Positions 60,304-64,000 of a stretch of DNA of 64,000 bases are shown here, in pieces. A model generated the notes under the pieces. That model ran no database searches, was not told the origin of the DNA, and saw nothing but the letters and a program-made list of their open reading frames with translations. Source of the DNA: Candidatus Kapaibacteriota bacterium (GTDB taxonomy: Bacteria; Bacteroidota; Ignavibacteria; Kapaibacteriales; UBA961); contig JBMSYN010000007.1 in the NCBI GenBank assembly GCA_049426725.1, positions 2,291-66,290 on the forward strand, in the 5' to 3' direction. A program made the position numbers and the translations under genes. Every line of letters begins with the position of its first letter. The stretch's first letter is position 1.

Positions 60304-62013
60304 TTAAAAATCTTCAAAACGGAGTGATGCCTGCACATAATGTGTCAATGTTCCGGCTTGTGAACGCAAGGCATATAAACCCTGAACATTGAGTCCGCGA
60401 ATCAATTCAAATCCACCGGTGATTTGTGCTCGTAATGATTCTTCGAGAATGCCTCCCAAGAAAGGTGCGATTTCAGAATCATTTGGTCTTTTTGCCTGTA
60501 ATGGATTCGCTCCATGATTCACAAGTATGGTGTCTTTGCCATTGATTGAACCCATTTCATTTGCACCATGCCTTTGATAGGCAAGGAGGATTCGAATGGG
60601 ATAGCGATGACCATGAAAGATTGAAGCTCCAATGGATAGTTCATCTGAATTTGGTCTAAGTGAACCTGTGATGAGCGCTCCATCGCTTGTCATGGAATTT
60701 TGCACATTGAAATGCGAATAGGTATATGGCTGAACACGAGCATATTCGAGCGATATATTCATCGCGGGCATCACATACATTGCACCCATGGAAAATGCCG
60801 ATTTATTGGACCAATAATCTGATCCAATCTTTGAGAATATCAAATCATCAAGGAGATATGCGCCCTTGAGAATAAGATGTTTCATGGGTCTTATCGTGAA
60901 ATCAAATCCCATCGCGCTATTGTCGCGATCGCGAAGCGAATGTTCAACGGACTTCAAAAAAGAAAGTGGATTGAGATAAGCCAAATCGAATGTTCTGTCT
61001 TGATAGATCACGCTCTCCCACACTGCAATTTCTCCCCAGGCAGGTCTGAAGGCGGCTCTGTGCATCACAAGTGTTTTTGCCGGCATGAATTTATCAGAAC
61101 CTGTTGAATTTGTCTGACCGGGAAGAATGATTTGTCCGGAAGCATCTTGTGGTAATGACAACATAGATGCATGCGTATAGCGATATTCGAATGTTTTGGT
61201 TCTTGCACCAATCATCAATGCATCCAATGGCGGAGCATTTTTTCCTAAAAATTGATGATGATTGAAGCCGGCTCCTAGTGTTCTTGTCTCACGACCAATG
61301 CCTACATAAAACCAATCATTATCATAGCGAACATGAGATTCTGTAAAATCAAAATCACTATTATACACTGCAAATTTCACATTCTGCCTCAAGCGTGGAT
61401 CATCCAAAGCAAGAGAACGATCACCTGAAAGCAATGCACCATTTGTCATTTGAAAAAAGAAACCAACATTTCCACGCAATGTGCCATGCATGCGAAGTCC
61501 TGCCTGACCTGTGAGCAAGGATGCAGAAGCAGAATCTACACGATGTGCCGTTTCAATGGATAATAATGGTGTCGTAAAAAGCGTGACAAGTGAATCTTGT
61601 TGAAGATATAGTGCCTTTTCATTCTTTGAAAGTAATCCGTCAAAAAAGAATGACATAGTATCATTCACGGACATTGTACTTTCAAACAAAGTGGAATTCA
61701 CTCTTTTTTCAGGCAACAACTCTTCCTCAAAATGCTTGAGAACATTTCGTTCATCTTCACTTAATTCTTGCTCCGCTTTTCGAATCATCCGTAATGCTTG
61801 TTGTACTTCGCCTCTTTGCAATGGCAAAGCAGAAAGAGAATAATGCGGCAATACTCCTTTTGCTTCACAGTGTTCCAAAAAGTGATATACAGGATGCACG
61901 ATAGGAAGATGCTCTACTTGTGCAAATGCCGAACTAATCATGACAAAAAAGATCATGATGAACAACATGATCTTTTTATTCAAAAATAATCTATGTGAAG
62001 AGCAGAAATTCAT
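60304..62013 (-). CDS. Outer-membrane beta-barrel protein, capsule-assembly Wzi-like (tentative)
   Basis: Signal peptide. N-terminal VHPVYHFLEHCEAKGVLPHYSLSALPLQRGEVQQALRMI resembles the Wzi helical N-domain. Long alternating beta-strand region ending ...ASLRFEDF (terminal aromatic). Start at ATG 62013, overlapping the upstream stop (TAATG). Confidence 0.45.
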   Translation of the reverse strand: MNFCSSHRLFLNKKIMLFIMIFFVMISSAFAQVEHLPIVHPVYHFLEHCEAKGVLPHYSLSALPLQRGEVQQALRMIRKAEQELSEDERNVLKHFEEELLPEKRVNSTLFESTMSVNDTMSFFFDGLLSKNEKALYLQQDSLVTLFTTPLLSIETAHRVDSASASLLTGQAGLRMHGTLRGNVGFFFQMTNGALLSGDRSLALDDPRLRQNVKFAVYNSDFDFTESHVRYDNDWFYVGIGRETRTLGAGFNHHQFLGKNAPPLDALMIGARTKTFEYRYTHASMLSLPQDASGQIILPGQTNSTGSDKFMPAKTLVMHRAAFRPAWGEIAVWESVIYQDRTFDLAYLNPLSFLKSVEHSLRDRDNSAMGFDFTIRPMKHLILKGAYLLDDLIFSKIGSDYWSNKSAFSMGAMYVMPAMNISLEYARVQPYTYSHFNVQNSMTSDGALITGSLRPNSDELSIGASIFHGHRYPIRILLAYQRHGANEMGSINGKDTILVNHGANPLQAKRPNDSEIAPFLGGILEESLRAQITGGFELIRGLNVQGLYALRSQAGTLTHYVQASLRFEDF

Positions 62014-63776
62014 TATCGAAGAAAAGCCCAATACACAACATTCAGAATTCCAACCAAACCGCCAATTGCAGTGATGAGGAATGTATAATATTGATATTCA
62101 TATCCGGGAGGTCTATATGTTGGTGGTGGACAATAAATTTCATCGCCGGATTCAACGATGACATCTTTTTCAGTTCCCTTGATCCACACATGTGAACGAC
62201 CTTTGATGATGCGTGTCAAATCCTTTTCCGCACCACTTGCATATCCACCAGCTCTGTCGATGTACCATTGCATGGATTTTCCCGGTTCAAATGTAACATA
62301 ACCGGGATTATTCACTTGACCATATACATAGACGCGATTTGGATTATCGGGAATCACGATGATGTCACCTGATTCAAGAATGACATTATCTTCTTCGGAA
62401 CCATTGAATGCTTTTTGAATGTCGCATGCAACTGTTGGTTGTCGAAACATTGTATGCATCAAATAACGAGTTGTGTCTTCTGCCGTAAGGTCGGTGTATT
62501 GCATGCCCATGATTGCGCGATATCGTGGTTCATTCGAAGCAGGTGCTTGCTGTTCTTTTCTTACGATATAGGCCAAAGGCAAATATGCTTTGTCAGTAAA
62601 TCCGCCCGCTTGCTCGATAATGTCTTTGAGTTTGGTTTGTCCTTGCACCATTGTATATGCGCCGGGTTTATTCACTGATCCAGTCACCTCAACAACACCT
62701 GTCAATGCACCTTTCACGGAATATTGTTTTTTACCAACAACAATCACCGCGCCGGGCATCAACTCTGGATCTTCATTGAATTGTCCATCTTTCATCGTCA
62801 AAGCGGTGAGCATCTCACCTTGCTTAAGTTGAATATTTGATGGATCTGCATCATCGGTCAAACCATAAGCAAGTTTGAGAAGCATCGATGCTTTATCACC
62901 TTTTTTATATGAAATACTGATTGGTCTGATGACTGATCCTGCGATTGCAATTGCAGATGTTAATCCTTGATCGAATGGTACAAACACTTGATCTCCTTCG
63001 CGTAGAGTTGGATCATCCTTCACGGTTGAAAGCGCAAGTGCTTTTTCCAAATCTGCATTTGATGAAGTTCCATCGGCATGAAGCACGGTGATATTGCGTG
63101 CGACAAAAGATGGCAATTCTTCATTTCCTGTCAATGTGCCGCCACGCATTGCTGAACGACGTGCCTCTATGACAGTCAATTCTTTAGCACTTTCCATTGC
63201 TGATTGTGTTGTACCAGCATTTGGTTGAGAAGGTGATTTTGGCGGTTGATTCGCAAGACGGATTACTGTTGAAACACGCATTGAAGCAGGGATGGCATAT
63301 GTTCCGGGATAACGAACATTTCCACGGATGCTGACATACAATGATCTGCATTTTCGCAACATCACTGTGACAGTCGCATTAGGATTGCGTTGTTTCATCA
63401 TGTCGATGATTGAAGCTTTTGCCTGTGCCAATGTTGCATTTTTTAGAGATAACTCTCCGATGCGAGGAACGAGGACGGCATTTTCGGGTGTGACGGACAC
63501 ATATTGTTCGGTTGCATTGCCAGACAATGTTTGTATGGACAATACATCGCCGGGTCCGATGCGATAATGCTCTGCATCAACGATATTGTCTGAAGGTAAT
63601 AATTCTGCTTTCAACAAATCCGCACCCGGAGGTGTTGAAGTTTGCATCAGCTTTGTCATGTCGAAATCACTTGATGATCCCATCAATTGTGCTTGCAATG
63701 ATATTCTTGATGTTATTGCGCAAATGATGAAGATGAATCCGCAGATTATTCTGATCTGTTTGATTGAATGATTCAT
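62013..63776 (-). CDS. Polysaccharide export protein (Wza-like: Poly_export plus SLBB domains)
   Basis: Signal peptide MNHSIKQIRIICGFIFIICAITS. YRIGPGDVLSIQ (Poly_export motif). Several GxVxxPGxY SLBB-type modules (GNVRYPGTYAI, GSVNKPGAYTM, GQVNNPGYVTF). C-terminal TM. The ATG at 63776 overlaps the wecB stop (ATGA). Confidence 0.7.
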   Translation of the reverse strand: MNHSIKQIRIICGFIFIICAITSRISLQAQLMGSSSDFDMTKLMQTSTPPGADLLKAELLPSDNIVDAEHYRIGPGDVLSIQTLSGNATEQYVSVTPENAVLVPRIGELSLKNATLAQAKASIIDMMKQRNPNATVTVMLRKCRSLYVSIRGNVRYPGTYAIPASMRVSTVIRLANQPPKSPSQPNAGTTQSAMESAKELTVIEARRSAMRGGTLTGNEELPSFVARNITVLHADGTSSNADLEKALALSTVKDDPTLREGDQVFVPFDQGLTSAIAIAGSVIRPISISYKKGDKASMLLKLAYGLTDDADPSNIQLKQGEMLTALTMKDGQFNEDPELMPGAVIVVGKKQYSVKGALTGVVEVTGSVNKPGAYTMVQGQTKLKDIIEQAGGFTDKAYLPLAYIVRKEQQAPASNEPRYRAIMGMQYTDLTAEDTTRYLMHTMFRQPTVACDIQKAFNGSEEDNVILESGDIIVIPDNPNRVYVYGQVNNPGYVTFEPGKSMQWYIDRAGGYASGAEKDLTRIIKGRSHVWIKGTEKDVIVESGDEIYCPPPTYRPPGYEYQYYTFLITAIGGLVGILNVVYWAFLR

Positions 63777-64000
63777 TGTGCCTTGATGCATTGTGTCACA
63801 AGTATGTCTGCTATGCGTTCTGCTGCATTTCCATCCCATAATGGCGGAATGCTTCCTTGTTTTCTCGGCAAATGCACGATATCATGCAAAGCTCTTGAAA
63901 TTGCTTCTGGATTGGGTTGAATGAGAATATTTGTTCCCATTTCCACAGTGACGGGTCTTTCTGTTGTAGTTCTTGCCGTAATGCAAGGAATGCCAAGTAC
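63773..64000 (-). CDS. wecB: UDP-N-acetylglucosamine 2-epimerase, C-terminal fragment (5' part outside the window)
   Basis: Open-ended, so absent from the ORF track. My translation: VLGIPCITARTTTERPVTVEMGTNILIQPNPEAISRALHDIVHLPRKQGSIPPLWDGNAAERIADILVTQCIKAQ, then stop. It matches the WecB C-terminus pattern (..TERPE.V..GTN.L.....I........Y.....P.YGDG.AAERI). Confidence 0.75.
   Translation of the reverse strand, partial: VLGIPCITARTTTERPVTVEMGTNILIQPNPEAISRALHDIVHLPRKQGSIPPLWDGNAAERIADILVTQCIKAQ

Noticed and set aside
1-64000. Looked for CRISPR arrays, tRNA or rRNA genes, IS elements or transposases, integrases, prophage genes, toxin-antitoxin pairs and known defence-system genes.
   Set aside because: I recognised none. 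The intergenic spacers are short or lack tRNA-like sequences, there are no direct-repeat arrays, and every large ORF has a housekeeping, envelope or secretion assignment. This is a by-eye assessment only.

Overview
Low-GC (about 40% by eye) bacterial chromosomal segment, probably from an FCB-superphylum organism outside the classical Bacteroidia. My guess is Ignavibacteriota/Chlorobi-like. The evidence is porU/porV plus several cargo proteins with T9SS C-terminal domains (CTDs), repeated TTG-N19/20-TAnnTTTG promoter boxes and a Cys-less L36, together with clear AAGGAG Shine-Dalgarno use.

Most of the window is core genome:
- 32.1-53.2 kb, minus strand: a complete str/S10/spc/alpha ribosomal cluster. 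The order is an extra EF-G paralog, rpsL-rpsG-fusA-tuf, rpsJ through rplO, secY-map-infA-rpmJ-rpsM-rpsK-rpoA-rplQ. There is no adk, and rpsD is displaced.
- 19.8-32.1 kb: a housekeeping block with gmd, rsmB, gmk, yicC, ribD, rpsD, bcp, purF, yciH, murC, kynU and pdxA.

The flanks are envelope and secretion genes:
- 0-19.8 kb: a small T9SS cargo; a secreted repeat/HEAT protein, a DUF971 protein and a GT-C glycosyltransferase lying behind porV-porU; a LysE-type exporter; a 1553-aa T9SS adhesin-like protein; an M1 aminopeptidase; a lipoprotein.
- 53.4-64 kb: an operon for a T9SS HExxH protease and a small protein; an acyltransferase; a lipoprotein; a six-gene polysaccharide export and synthesis operon that ends in a partial wecB.

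I saw no rRNA, tRNA, CRISPR array, transposase, integrase, phage gene or recognisable defence gene. Nothing here is a clear-cut new system. The best candidates for follow-up are:
1. The translationally coupled GT-C/DUF971/solenoid-HEAT trio behind porU-porV.
2. The 26-27-aa GNDxY repeat array in that secreted protein.
3. Two divergent EF-G paralogs bracketing rpsL-rpsG.
4. rpsD moved out of the alpha operon, with its own promoter, a leader carrying an anti-SD-like element and a terminator.

All calls come from reading the translations and the DNA by eye. No searches were run.
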